A stretch of 64,000 nucleotides of DNA from Corallococcus coralloides (GTDB taxonomy: Bacteria > Myxococcota > Myxococcia > Myxococcales > Myxococcaceae). The stretch is taken from NCBI RefSeq assembly GCF_044792175.1, contig NZ_CP172866.1. The stretch is one strand, 5' to 3'. The position numbers were made by a program, and so were the translations under genes. Numbering within the stretch: position 1 is the first letter of the stretch; every line of letters starts with the position of its first letter. The notes beneath the pieces were generated by a model. It searched no databases. It was given only the letters and a program-made list of their open reading frames with translations, and was not told the origin of the DNA. Positions 19,075 to 28,710 of the stretch are shown piece after piece.

Positions 19075-19971
19075 CTACTTCGCTTCGCCCATGACTTCCA
19101 TGGTGTGCTTGAGCCGCTCCAGGCCCAGGCGCACCAGCGCGCCGCGCAGGTCGGGCTGGCCCAGGAAGGCCTTCCTGAACACCTCGCGCTCCAGCTTGAG
19201 CAGCGTGCAGGGCGTCACGGTGCGCACGGTGGCGGTGGCCAGCCGGCTGCGCAGCAGGGAGATCTCCCCGAACAGGGCGCCTTCCTCCAGCTTGGGATAG
19301 GCGGACTGGCGGCCGTCGCTGTGCGTGTGGAAGACCTCGCACTGGCCCCGGATGAGGACGTAGAGCGCGTCCCCCGGCTGGCCGCGGGTGAGCAGCGTCT
19401 CTCCGGCGGGGACGGTGCAGGGGACGAACGAGTCTCCCAGCTCATGCTGCACCTCCGGGGGCAGGGCGGCGATGAGCGGGTTGCTGCGCAGCGCGTCCGC
19501 GAGCAGGCGCTCCCGGGCGGCGACCTGCATCTGCTCGCCCTTCACGCCGTAGTCCTTGCCCAGCTCCCGGACGCCGGCCTGGGTGAGCTCCAGCAGCACG
19601 GCGTCCTCCACCGTCACGATGGTCGCGGTGCGCTGCGTGCCGGTGAGCAGCGCCAGCTCCCCGAAGAACTCGCCGGCCCCCAGGCGGCCGACCTCCGTAT
19701 TGCCGCCGGGTTCGCCGCCGCGAAGCACCGCGACGCGGCCCTCCAGCACCACGAACATGGAGTGTCCCGGGTCGCCCTCGCGCACCACCACCTGGCCCGC
19801 GGGCAGGTAGCGTGTGCAGACGGGCGGTGGCGCGGGGGCGCCTTCCGTCTCCGCCTGGGCGCCGGTCGCCACCGGGTGCGCCGAGGAGGCCGCGGGCGAC
19901 TGTCCGGCCGCCGGAGCCGGGGCGGACGGGTGGGCGGACAGCAGGGCCTGCAGGCGCGCGAACAGGGACAT
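19075..19971 (-). CDS. Tandem cyclic-nucleotide-binding (cNMP) domain protein, no output domain
   Basis: Two cNMP-binding domains, each with the phosphate-binding cassette: GAGEFFGELALLTGTQRTATI and EGALFGEISLLRSRLATATV. There is no HTH or enzymatic domain. Confidence 0.8.
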   Translation of the reverse strand: MSLFARLQALLSAHPSAPAPAAGQSPAASSAHPVATGAQAETEGAPAPPPVCTRYLPAGQVVVREGDPGHSMFVVLEGRVAVLRGGEPGGNTEVGRLGAGEFFGELALLTGTQRTATIVTVEDAVLLELTQAGVRELGKDYGVKGEQMQVAARERLLADALRSNPLIAALPPEVQHELGDSFVPCTVPAGETLLTRGQPGDALYVLIRGQCEVFHTHSDGRQSAYPKLEEGALFGEISLLRSRLATATVRTVTPCTLLKLEREVFRKAFLGQPDLRGALVRLGLERLKHTMEVMGEAK

Positions 19972-20184
19972 GGTGCGCGAATGCTACCGGCCCGTCCTCG
20001 CGGAAACTGTGAAGCGCTTCACAGGCGGCGTGGAGGCGGCCTGAAAGACAGCCAGGCGGCCAGGAGGAGCCATTGAACAGGGATTGACGGACGTTCGCCA
20101 CGTCTGTGTTCATCCCACCCGCCACGGTGGGGTGGACGCCGGGGATGGCGTGGCCGGACCGGTACGCCCTACAGTCCCGGGTCC

Positions 20185-21180
20185 ATGGGAGACACGCTGG
20201 ACGTCGTGGTGGACTTGGGGGACGTGGGAGAGACGGCCGCGGACGCCGTGCTGCTGAAGTACGCGCAGGGCTTCCACGGGGCGGACGGCGCGGTGGCGCG
20301 CAGGCTGGAGGCGGGGGGCGTGGCCATGGACGCCTTCGACCTGCTCCCGGGGGATCACCGCTTCATCGAGTCGCGCCGGACCCTGGGCGCCCCGTGGGTG
20401 CTCTTCCTGGGCACGGTGCGCCTGAGACAGTTCGGCTACCACGAGATCCGCCAGTTCGCCGTGCGCGCGCTCCAACTGCTGGAGCCACGGCATGAGGTGC
20501 GTCACCTCGCGTGCACGGTGCACGGTCCCAACTACGGGCTGGACGAGGACGAGGCCGTGCTGGCCCTGGTGGGTGGCTTCGTGGACGCGTTCCAGCGGGG
20601 CAGCGGCCCTCGCGACCTGGAGCGCATCACGGTGGTGGAGCTGAACCCCAAGCGCGTGGAGCGCCTGCGAAAGGCATTGGCGCTGGGGCTGGGGCTCACG
20701 CCGGGAGTGGAGCCGCTGATGGGGGCCACGGGCTTCCGTGTGCGGCGGACGTCGCGCTTCGTCCAGGCGCCGTCCATGGCTTCCGCGGGCGCGAACTCCC
20801 AAGAGAAGCCCCATGCGTTCGTGGCGATGCCCTTCGCGCAGGAGCTGGAGGACACCTACCACTACGGCATCCTGAACCCCGTGAAGGCGGCGGGGCTCCT
20901 GTGCGAGCGGGTGGACCAGGCCGTCTTCGACGGGCCCATCATCCAGCGCATCCGGGACCGCATCGACACCGCGAAGGTCGTCATCGCGGACCTGTCGCTG
21001 GCGAACCCCAATGTCTATCTGGAGGTGGGCTATGCCTGGGGACGCGGCAAGCCCACCCTGATGCTGGTGCGCGACGTGAAGGAATTGCGCTTCGACGTGT
21101 CCAGCTACCGGTGCCTCGTCTACCGGAACATCCGGCACCTGGAGGAACTGCTCACGCAGGAGCTGAAGCGCATCCCCTGA
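20185..21180 (+). CDS. Two-domain protein: N-terminal uncharacterised (macro-like?) domain + C-terminal nucleoside 2-deoxyribosyltransferase/SLOG/TIR-like domain
   Basis: C-terminal ~130 aa: AFVAMPF...(80)...ADLSLANPNVYLEVGYAWGRGKPTLMLV. This matches the NDT-fold signatures (N-terminal hydrophobic strand-GxF and ELGYA..GK catalytic-Glu motif). The N-terminal domain carries a Gly-rich AADAVLLKYAQGFHGADGAV segment. Confidence 0.6.
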   Translation: MGDTLDVVVDLGDVGETAADAVLLKYAQGFHGADGAVARRLEAGGVAMDAFDLLPGDHRFIESRRTLGAPWVLFLGTVRLRQFGYHEIRQFAVRALQLLEPRHEVRHLACTVHGPNYGLDEDEAVLALVGGFVDAFQRGSGPRDLERITVVELNPKRVERLRKALALGLGLTPGVEPLMGATGFRVRRTSRFVQAPSMASAGANSQEKPHAFVAMPFAQELEDTYHYGILNPVKAAGLLCERVDQAVFDGPIIQRIRDRIDTAKVVIADLSLANPNVYLEVGYAWGRGKPTLMLVRDVKELRFDVSSYRCLVYRNIRHLEELLTQELKRIP

Positions 21181-21193
21181 GCGTGTGGCGCGG

Positions 21194-22363
21194 TCAGTAG
21201 GGGGCGCAGGTGACGCCCTCGCAGTTGCCGGCGCCGTTGTTCCGCGCGACGTTGCCGCCCCCGTCGAAGGCGGTAGGCGCGTGGATGCCCCAGCCCGTGT
21301 TGCCCAGGGCCACGTTGCCCAGCACCGTGGGCGTGCTGGCCGGGAGGACGCGGAGGCCGTCACCGTTGTTCCGGAGGAACCGGTTGGCGCGGACGATGCC
21401 GGTCTGCGGGAGGCTGACGATGGGCGTGTCTTCCAGGGTCAGTCCGCCCGCATTGTCCCAGAAGGTGTTGCCCTGGATGTAGACCTGGAATGAGCCGGCT
21501 GTCAGCCCATTGTCATTGCCCACGATCCAGTTGTTGATCATGTCGAGCTGGACCACGTTCCAGATGGGCGTCTCCGTGGGAGCGAACGACGCGTTGTTCG
21601 CGATGAGCGTGTTCTCGAAGCGGAACCGTTCGCAGATATCCCGGCCCCCGATGGGCACGGTCGTGGAAGCGACGGCGTCATTCCGCGCGAAGACGCTCGA
21701 CCGGACGCGGGCACTGCCGGCGAAGCAGTAGATGCCGACTTCGTTCCCCGTGAAGGTCGAATCGAGGACGTCGGCCGCATGGGTATCCAGGTAGATGCCG
21801 AGGCGGTTGTTCTCGAAGTGGCTCGACCTCACGTCGAACGAACCGAGGGACGCGTCGATCTCGCTTCCGAGCCCGACGTCATTGCCGATGAACCGCGAAT
21901 TCGTGACGAGGAAGGAGGTGGTGGAGAAGAAGTTGTAGATGGCGGTGCCGTTGCCGGCGAACGTGAGCTTGTGCACCCGCAGGGAGTCGACTCCCTCGGT
22001 CTGGATGCCTCTTGCGAACCCGCGAATCGTGCCGTTGCGCACCATGCTGGTGCCGGTGACCACGATGCCCAGGGTGTCTTGCCGGACCGGACTCGAGCGG
22101 CGCACGGTGTGGCCACCCAGGTCGAGGACGATGCCATCCCCTTCGATGCGGAGTGCGGGCTCGTCCGTGCCCGGGCAGGAGAGGTCATGCGTGAGCTTCG
22201 TGTGCTGGGTGATGACGTCGCCACACTGGACGTCGCATTCGACCGGCTTCGCTTGCTGGAACCGGGCGTCGAGCGCCTCCCTGTCCGACGCGAGCGCCGC
22301 GGGTGCTCCCAGGAACAATGCGCCGATGGCCGCCGTGACAGAAAAGCCCTTTGCCTTATGCAT
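21194..22363 (-). CDS. Secreted right-handed parallel beta-helix repeat protein (pectin-lyase fold)
   Basis: Signal peptide MHKAKGFSVTAAIGALFLGAPAALA. Many ~22-aa repeats follow the pattern N.I.GN..G/A, consistent with PbH1 repeats. Confidence 0.7.
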   Translation of the reverse strand: MHKAKGFSVTAAIGALFLGAPAALASDREALDARFQQAKPVECDVQCGDVITQHTKLTHDLSCPGTDEPALRIEGDGIVLDLGGHTVRRSSPVRQDTLGIVVTGTSMVRNGTIRGFARGIQTEGVDSLRVHKLTFAGNGTAIYNFFSTTSFLVTNSRFIGNDVGLGSEIDASLGSFDVRSSHFENNRLGIYLDTHAADVLDSTFTGNEVGIYCFAGSARVRSSVFARNDAVASTTVPIGGRDICERFRFENTLIANNASFAPTETPIWNVVQLDMINNWIVGNDNGLTAGSFQVYIQGNTFWDNAGGLTLEDTPIVSLPQTGIVRANRFLRNNGDGLRVLPASTPTVLGNVALGNTGWGIHAPTAFDGGGNVARNNGAGNCEGVTCAPY

Positions 22364-22500
22364 GCCGCCTCCCCGCCGGAAGTCGTTCCGGCGACCGGCG
22401 AAATGCTAGACATGGCACCGTCAGCGGCATCCCCTCTGCCAGTGGCAGCGCGCGGACCAGTGGATGACAACCTGGCTGCACGCTGGGGCGGTACGGCCTG

Positions 22501-23595
22501 TCACCAGCCCCGCGCTGTGACCTCCCATGTCGCCACCTGCGTGTCACCCCGCACGACGTGCAGTCGCGGATGCTGGGGGACGGAAACACAGACATGGTTG
22601 GGCACCACGCGCACCCGCTCGCCGATACGCGGGCGCCACGTCGTGCCGGACACGTCCAAGAGGCCGTGCTCCTCCGACAGGTTCTTCACCACGACCTCCG
22701 GCCGGTCCAGCACGACGCCATAGCCCGGCGCCAGCCCTTCCTCCTTCACCAGCGCCTTGGCCCCCGCGTCGATGACCACCTGGCCCGGCACGGCCGTGCT
22801 CACCACGGTGGCCAGCACGGAGTAGGCGCACTCCGTCCAATCACACGCACCGATGACCGCGGCGTTGCGGTCGTTCAGCGCGTTGAGGCCGGGGCGGATC
22901 TCCGTGAGGCCCTTCACCGTATGGGATTGCCAGAGCGTCGGCGTGGAGCCGCCACTGACCACCTCCGGCGGCAGACCCGCGGCCTTCAACGCGTCCACGA
23001 ACGTCGTGACCGCATCGGACTGCGCCTGCATCACGGCGGGCAGCTCCGCCTGCGGGACGCGGATATGGCCCGCGTAGAAGGTCAGCCCGCGAAACGCAAC
23101 CCCAGACATGGACGCCGCCGCGCGCGCCAGGGCCAAGGCTTCATCCGGCGTGCGCAGCCCCACGCGGCGCATGCCCAGGTCCACCTCCACGAGCACTCCC
23201 ACGGTGCGCCCGGCATCCCGCGCCGCGCGCGCCAGCCCCTCCAGCACTTCAAGGGAGTCGAGCGCCACGGTGAGTCGCACGTGCGAGGGCAGGGCCATCA
23301 GCCGCGCCAGCTTGCGCGCGCCCACCGGCGGATACGCGAGCAACACGTCGTCGGACACGGACGCCATCACCTCGGCCTCCAGGAGGGTGGCCACCGTGAC
23401 GCCGGAGGCTCCCGCCGCGACCTGCATCGCGCCCAGCTCCGCCGTCTTGTGCGTCTTCGTGTGGGGACGCCAGCGCAGGCCGTGCTCGCGGGCATAGGAC
23501 GCGACGCGCTGGAGGTTCCGCTCCACGCGGTCCAGGTCCACGATGGCGGCGGGCGTGTCGAGGGAGTCAAAGAGGGGCGAGGACATGCGGCGCAT
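22501..23595 (-). CDS. PLP-dependent D-serine dehydratase-like / alanine racemase N-terminal domain protein (DSD1 family)
   Basis: The N-terminal TPAAIVDLDRVERNLQRV...HTKTHKT matches fold-type III PLP enzymes of the D-serine deaminase-like family. The C-terminal domain is also conserved. Confidence 0.75.
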   Translation of the reverse strand: MRRMSSPLFDSLDTPAAIVDLDRVERNLQRVASYAREHGLRWRPHTKTHKTAELGAMQVAAGASGVTVATLLEAEVMASVSDDVLLAYPPVGARKLARLMALPSHVRLTVALDSLEVLEGLARAARDAGRTVGVLVEVDLGMRRVGLRTPDEALALARAAASMSGVAFRGLTFYAGHIRVPQAELPAVMQAQSDAVTTFVDALKAAGLPPEVVSGGSTPTLWQSHTVKGLTEIRPGLNALNDRNAAVIGACDWTECAYSVLATVVSTAVPGQVVIDAGAKALVKEEGLAPGYGVVLDRPEVVVKNLSEEHGLLDVSGTTWRPRIGERVRVVPNHVCVSVPQHPRLHVVRGDTQVATWEVTARGW

Positions 23596-23651
23596 GCTGG
23601 CACCGCGCTCCTCGCTCCGTCATCCGAATCGCCGGCCTTGCGTTCGCGGGG

Positions 23652-24074
23652 CTACGCCGCCGGTTCGAAGCTCACCGTGGGCCGCTGCCAGCTCCAGCCG
23701 CCGCCCTTCAACGCTTCCGTCGCCTGCGCATCCAGCACGCGCAGCGCCGCGAGCACGTCCGCGGGCGGGCGGGGCGCTCCCGGCGCGCTCTCCACCTCGA
23801 AGCGCGGGGGGATGCCGGCGGCGTCACGGCCGCCCATCACCACGCGGATGCGGCAGTTCTGTGGGGACAGCTCCGTCTCCCCGGACCAGGACACGTCCTG
23901 GACGAAGAGGTCCACCGCGCCCGGGGCCTTCTGCCCGCGCAGCCGCGTCACCACCGCGTCCAGCGAGCCCTTCGCGCGCGCGTTCCGCTTCTTGCCAAGG
24001 CGGGTGAGCGACCACCAGACCAGGCCGCCCGCGACGATGGGCGACAGAACGAAGTAGGGGATGAGCGGGCTCAT
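23652..24074 (-). CDS. Hypothetical membrane-anchored protein
   Basis: N-terminal TM helix (LIPYFVLSPIVAGGLVWWSL) and no known domain. Confidence 0.4.
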   Translation of the reverse strand: MSPLIPYFVLSPIVAGGLVWWSLTRLGKKRNARAKGSLDAVVTRLRGQKAPGAVDLFVQDVSWSGETELSPQNCRIRVVMGGRDAAGIPPRFEVESAPGAPRPPADVLAALRVLDAQATEALKGGGWSWQRPTVSFEPAA

Positions 24075-24162
24075 GGGGCGGCAGGCTGCCACGAAACGCG
24101 GAAGAAGAAACGCCCGTCTCCAGGCCTTGGGGCTCCGGAGACGGGCGTGAAGAGAAGCACGG

Positions 24163-26343
24163 CTACTGCGGCGAGGGCGCGGAGACCTTCTTCGTCGCGT
24201 TGGGCTTGTACGTCATGCCCAGCTCGTTGAAGACGAAGGAGTAGACGTCCACCTCCTCCTCGATGCGCGCGGACAGCGGCGTGCCCATGCCGTGGCCCGT
24301 CTCCGCGTTGGCGCGCAGCAGGATGGGCTTGGGGGACGCCGACGCCGCCTGCATCCGGGCCACCATCTTGCGCGAGTGGAACGGATCCACGCGCGGGTCA
24401 TTGGCCCCGGAGGTGAAGAGCACCGGCGGGTACTTCGTCCCGTCCTTCACGCGGTGCACCGGCGAATAGCCATACAGCGCCTTGAACTGCTCCGGGTCCT
24501 TCACCGAGCCGTACTCCGTGACGTTGAACTGGCCGTTGGGCGTGAGCTCCGTGCGAAGCATGTCGTAGATGCCCACGCGCGCCACCACCGCGCCGTACTG
24601 CTCCGGGTGCTGCGTCAGGGCCGCGCCCATCAGCAGGCCGCCGTTGCTGCCGCCCTGGATGGCCAGCTTCTTCGGCTGCGTGTACTTCTGGGCCACCAGC
24701 AGCTTCGCGCACGCGTAGAAGTCGTCGAACACGTTCTGCTTGTTCGTGAGCGAGCCGGCCTTGTGCCACTCCTCGCCGAACTCGGAACCGCCGCGCAGGT
24801 TCGCCACCGCGAACACGCCGCCCTGCTCCAGCCACATGCCCGTCAGCGGGCTGTAGCCCGGGTTGATGGACACGTTGAAGCCGCCGTAGCCGGTGAGCAA
24901 CGTGGGGTTGTTCCCGTTCAGCTTCGTGCCCTTCTTCTTCAGGATGGTGAGCGGCACCTTGGTGCCGTCCTTCGAAGTGGCCTCCGTGCGCACCACCTCC
25001 ACGTCGCTCATGTCGATGGGCGCCGTGCGCGCCAGCGCCGTCTTCGTGAGCTTGTTGTCCGCCGCCGAGTAGCGGAACCACGCGGCCGGCTGGGTGAAGC
25101 TCCCGTTGACGATGAGCAGGTCGTCCGCGCCCTGGCGCACCAGGCCGCCCACCGCCGACACCGGCAGCGTGGGCACCAGCCCCAGCTCCTTGCCCGTCAG
25201 GTCCACCATGCGCAACTGCGAGGGGCCCCCCAACTGCTCCAGCAGGTACAGGCGGCTCTTCGTCGGCACCACGGCCTGCACCGTCGCCTTGTCCTCGGGG
25301 ACGACCACGGTCGCCTTGTCCAGCGTGGGCGTGGCCAGCGGCAGGCGCAGCACCTTGCCGCGCGACGCGTCCTTGCGGCTGAGCAGGTACGCCGCGCCGT
25401 CGCTGCCGAAGCGCGCCGCCACCACCTTGTCCGCGTACTTCGCCACCTGCGTCCACGTGCCCTTGGGGCCGTGCAGGTACAGGTCGAACTCGCCGCCGTC
25501 GCCGTTGGCCACGCGCGCGAAGGTGTACTGACCGTCGTCGCTGGACTCCAGGTCCGTCATCGCGATGCGCGGGAAGTCCTTGCCCAGCGCGTACGTGTCC
25601 TTCTCCGTGGGCGTGCCCAGCGCGTGGAAGTACACCTGCTGGTACACCTCGCGGTCCACCGGCGGGCGCTCCTCGCCGCGCGGATAGCGCGTGTAGAAGA
25701 AGCCCGTGCCCTGCGCGTTCCACGCCAGGCTGCCGCCCGCCGTGCCGCCGTTGACGCGGGGGACCCGCTCGTTGGGCATCGCCTTCGCGGACGCCACGTC
25801 CCACACCGTCACGTCACCGCTCTCCGTGCCGCCCTTGGACATGGACACGGCGACCTTCTTGCCGTCGTGCGACAACTGGAACCAGTCGATGGTCGTCTTG
25901 CCTGACGTGTCCACGACCGTGGGGTCCACCAGCACGCGCTCCTTCGACGTGTCGTCCAGCGAACCCACCACGATGAGCGTGGGCTGCTGCTTGGGCGGCT
26001 GGAACTTCAGCCCCAGGAGCGTGCCGCCCTGTTCGTCCAGGCCGCCGTAGGAGGGCGACTTCCAGGACAGGAGCTCCGTGATGCGCTGGCGCAGGGGCTC
26101 GCGGCCCGGGAGCTTGTCCAGGTACGCGCGCGTGTACGCGTTCTGCGCGTCGGTCCACTGCTGCACCTGGGGGTCGGTCGCGGACTCCATCCACTGGTAC
26201 GGGTCCGTCACGGTGGTGCCGTGGTAGGTGGCCTCCACGGGCTTCTTCTCCGCGGCGGCGGGCTTCGCGGGCGCTTTGCCCGCCGCTCCGGACACGAGCG
26301 GCAACAGCAGCGCGGCGGTCGTCACTGCGATTCTGGACTTCAT
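24163..26343 (-). CDS. Prolyl oligopeptidase (S9A family serine peptidase), secreted
   Basis: Signal peptide. It has the N-terminal beta-propeller and C-terminal alpha/beta hydrolase domains of S9A peptidases. The catalytic Ser motif GGSNGG is present, along with the S9A-like Asp and His motifs. Confidence 0.85.
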   Translation of the reverse strand: MKSRIAVTTAALLLPLVSGAAGKAPAKPAAAEKKPVEATYHGTTVTDPYQWMESATDPQVQQWTDAQNAYTRAYLDKLPGREPLRQRITELLSWKSPSYGGLDEQGGTLLGLKFQPPKQQPTLIVVGSLDDTSKERVLVDPTVVDTSGKTTIDWFQLSHDGKKVAVSMSKGGTESGDVTVWDVASAKAMPNERVPRVNGGTAGGSLAWNAQGTGFFYTRYPRGEERPPVDREVYQQVYFHALGTPTEKDTYALGKDFPRIAMTDLESSDDGQYTFARVANGDGGEFDLYLHGPKGTWTQVAKYADKVVAARFGSDGAAYLLSRKDASRGKVLRLPLATPTLDKATVVVPEDKATVQAVVPTKSRLYLLEQLGGPSQLRMVDLTGKELGLVPTLPVSAVGGLVRQGADDLLIVNGSFTQPAAWFRYSAADNKLTKTALARTAPIDMSDVEVVRTEATSKDGTKVPLTILKKKGTKLNGNNPTLLTGYGGFNVSINPGYSPLTGMWLEQGGVFAVANLRGGSEFGEEWHKAGSLTNKQNVFDDFYACAKLLVAQKYTQPKKLAIQGGSNGGLLMGAALTQHPEQYGAVVARVGIYDMLRTELTPNGQFNVTEYGSVKDPEQFKALYGYSPVHRVKDGTKYPPVLFTSGANDPRVDPFHSRKMVARMQAASASPKPILLRANAETGHGMGTPLSARIEEEVDVYSFVFNELGMTYKPNATKKVSAPSPQ

Positions 26344-26380
26344 GGTTCACCTCGCATGCGGGTGGTTCCCTGCGGGACGC

Positions 26381-27868
26381 TCAGCGCAGGGGCAGCTCCA
26401 CCAGGGCGGTGGAGAAGGTGTCGAAGGTCTCGTTGGCGTTGGGCCTGGTGCCCTCGTCCATGTTGCCGAGCATCAACGCGAAGACGACGCGCGGGTGCTC
26501 CGTGTCGTTCGGCCGCTCCGCCACGCCCACGAAGCACTTCTGGCCCGTGAGCGTGCCCGTCTTCGCGCGGAGGCGGCCCGCGGTGGACGCCGTCGTCTTG
26601 CGGCCCGCCAGCGTCCCGTCCACGCCCAGCACCGGCAGGCTGTCCACCAGCGCGGCGCCATACGGCTCCTGGAGGCTGGTGAGCAGCACGCGCGCCATGC
26701 CCCGGGGCGTGGCCAGGTTGTAGCGGGACAGGCCGCTGCCATCCACCGGACGCAGGTCCTTGGTGGGCACGCCCCGGCGCGCCAGCTCCGCCACCAGGGC
26801 CGTGCGCAGCGCGGTGTAGCCCTCCTGGCCGGTGCGCTCGCGAGCGAAGCGCATGCCCAGCCGCTCCGCGTACAGGTTGAGGCTCTCCTTGTTCGTCGCG
26901 CGCACCAGCTCCGACAGGGGCGGGCTGATCAGCTCCACCAGCGGTGACGGCATGGGGGGCAGGGGCGGGGTGGGGGCCTCCAGGGACAGCGGCAGCCGCG
27001 TGACTCCGTGCCGCGCCAGCGCGTCGTCCACGCACGCGGCGAAGAGGGCCTCCGGCGCGTCCACGGACAGCTTCACGGCGGCGGACTGGGGGCAGGGCCC
27101 GCCCGTGGGCGAACGCCACGTGCAGCGCACGCCGCCGCCTCCGCGAACGCAGGCCAGGTTCGCGCGCTCGGCGTTGACGTCCACGTTCACCACCGCGGAC
27201 AGCGTGGCGAAGGCGGGGGTCCACTGCACGGAGGGCGCGTCCGCGCAGGTGGCGCCGGGGGCGCGCGCCAGCGCCAGGTCCACCACGTTCTCGCGGAAGA
27301 CGAAGGGCGTGGGCGGCGCGCTGTACGCGTACGCCGCGTCATCCCAGGCCCAGCCCGGCCCCATGCCGCCGTCCAGGCCGTCCGTGCCGGAGATGCGCAC
27401 GTTTCCGCGCCACTGGTGGATGCCGCGCGCCTGGAAGGCCTCCGCGATGCGGTCGCACGCGAGCGCCGTCTCCGGGAAGCGCCACGAGCCCAGCGACGGG
27501 TCCCCGGACGCCTGCGCCACCACGTCGCCCAGGAACAGGCCTCCTGTCTGCGAGCCCTCCAGGAACACCGGCGTCGTGAAGCGGAAGTCCGCCCCCAGCG
27601 CGGACAGCGCGGCGGAGGTGGACACCACCTTCATGGTGGACGCGGGCAGAAGCCGCACGTTCTCGCGGTGGGTGAAGAGGGGCTCGCCGGTGCGCGCGTC
27701 CACCACGTACGCGCCCGCGAGCGCGCCGTCCGCCTCCAGGGTCTCCAGCAGGGCCTTCGTCACCCCGGGCAGGGTGTCGCGCGGGGCGCCGCCCGGCGTG
27801 GCGGGCGTGTGGGTGCAGGCGGACAGGAGGAGGGCAACGACGCTGGCGGGCAGGAGGGCGCGGCGCAT
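26381..27868 (-). CDS. dacB: D-alanyl-D-alanine carboxypeptidase/endopeptidase (PBP4, peptidase S13), lipoprotein
   Basis: Lipoprotein signal MRRALLPASVVALLLSAC. The motifs are ASTMKV (SxxK) and SGLSRYN (SxN), plus KTGTL. ORF extends to 27907; the ATG at 27868 is preferred. Confidence 0.8.
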   Translation of the reverse strand: MRRALLPASVVALLLSACTHTPATPGGAPRDTLPGVTKALLETLEADGALAGAYVVDARTGEPLFTHRENVRLLPASTMKVVSTSAALSALGADFRFTTPVFLEGSQTGGLFLGDVVAQASGDPSLGSWRFPETALACDRIAEAFQARGIHQWRGNVRISGTDGLDGGMGPGWAWDDAAYAYSAPPTPFVFRENVVDLALARAPGATCADAPSVQWTPAFATLSAVVNVDVNAERANLACVRGGGGVRCTWRSPTGGPCPQSAAVKLSVDAPEALFAACVDDALARHGVTRLPLSLEAPTPPLPPMPSPLVELISPPLSELVRATNKESLNLYAERLGMRFARERTGQEGYTALRTALVAELARRGVPTKDLRPVDGSGLSRYNLATPRGMARVLLTSLQEPYGAALVDSLPVLGVDGTLAGRKTTASTAGRLRAKTGTLTGQKCFVGVAERPNDTEHPRVVFALMLGNMDEGTRPNANETFDTFSTALVELPLR

Positions 27869-28059
27869 GGCGGCGGCCACCGTATGTCGCGTGCCAGGGA
27901 GTGTCATGGATTCCCGCCAGCGGGGTGGGGCGGAAGAAGTGCACGGTTGGACGGCGCCCGGGCAAACGGCTTCCGGCGCGGCCTATTCCCGGTGCTTCGC
28001 GTCCAGCCACACCGAGTGCCTTGACGCGGCGTCACAGGCCCCCCATCCTGCCGCGCCCC

Positions 28060-28710
28060 ATGCCTGTCCTACGTGGTGCCGTGACCTTTTCGCGCTTCCG
28101 GACCGAGCCGGCCAAGGATGCGCCGTCCGACGTCAAGCGCTGGATGACCAAGGGACTCAAGTCCCATGCATTCGAGCCCATCGACCGCCGCTCCGAGGAG
28201 GAGCGCGCCGCGGGGTTTGTCGAGCTGGAGAACCCGGAGTCCTCCGAGTTCGCCACCGGCAACCTCTTCTATGGCGAGTACGCCCTGTTCGCCTTCCGCA
28301 TCGACACGCTGAAGGTGCCCGCGTCGATGATGAAGTCGGAGCTGGACAAGTGGTCCGCCGCCTTCGCCAAGGAGAACGGCCGGCCGCCCGCGCGCGCGGA
28401 GAAGAACAAGCAGCGCGCGGAGCTCAAGCAGCTCCTGCGTCAGCGCGCGGTGCCGCGCACCAGCACGCTGGACGTGACGTGGAACCTGAAGACGCACACG
28501 GTGCAGGTCTGGGCCGCGTCGCGCAAGACGGTGGATGAGATCTGCGTGGCGCTGGAAGGCGCCCTGGCGGTGAAGGTGATTGGCATCACGCCCGCGTCCA
28601 TGGCGCAGCGCGCGGGCATCGACGAGAAGGCCCTGGGCCCCACGGCGGAGCTCATTGGCATGGACCTGCCGGCGACGGCTTCGGTGGAGGGCGCCCATGG
28701 CGAGGCGTGA
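28060..28710 (+). CDS. RdgC-like (recombination-associated) protein, N-terminal-region homolog
   Basis: The patterns M.VLRGAVTFSRFR... and VPASMMKSELDKW...AEKNKQRAELKQLLRQRAVPRTSTLDVTWNLKTHTVQVWAASRKTVDEICVALEGAL parallel E. coli RdgC residues ~85-170 from memory. ORF begins at 27901; the ATG at 28060 is preferred. Confidence 0.4.
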   Translation: MPVLRGAVTFSRFRTEPAKDAPSDVKRWMTKGLKSHAFEPIDRRSEEERAAGFVELENPESSEFATGNLFYGEYALFAFRIDTLKVPASMMKSELDKWSAAFAKENGRPPARAEKNKQRAELKQLLRQRAVPRTSTLDVTWNLKTHTVQVWAASRKTVDEICVALEGALAVKVIGITPASMAQRAGIDEKALGPTAELIGMDLPATASVEGAHGEA

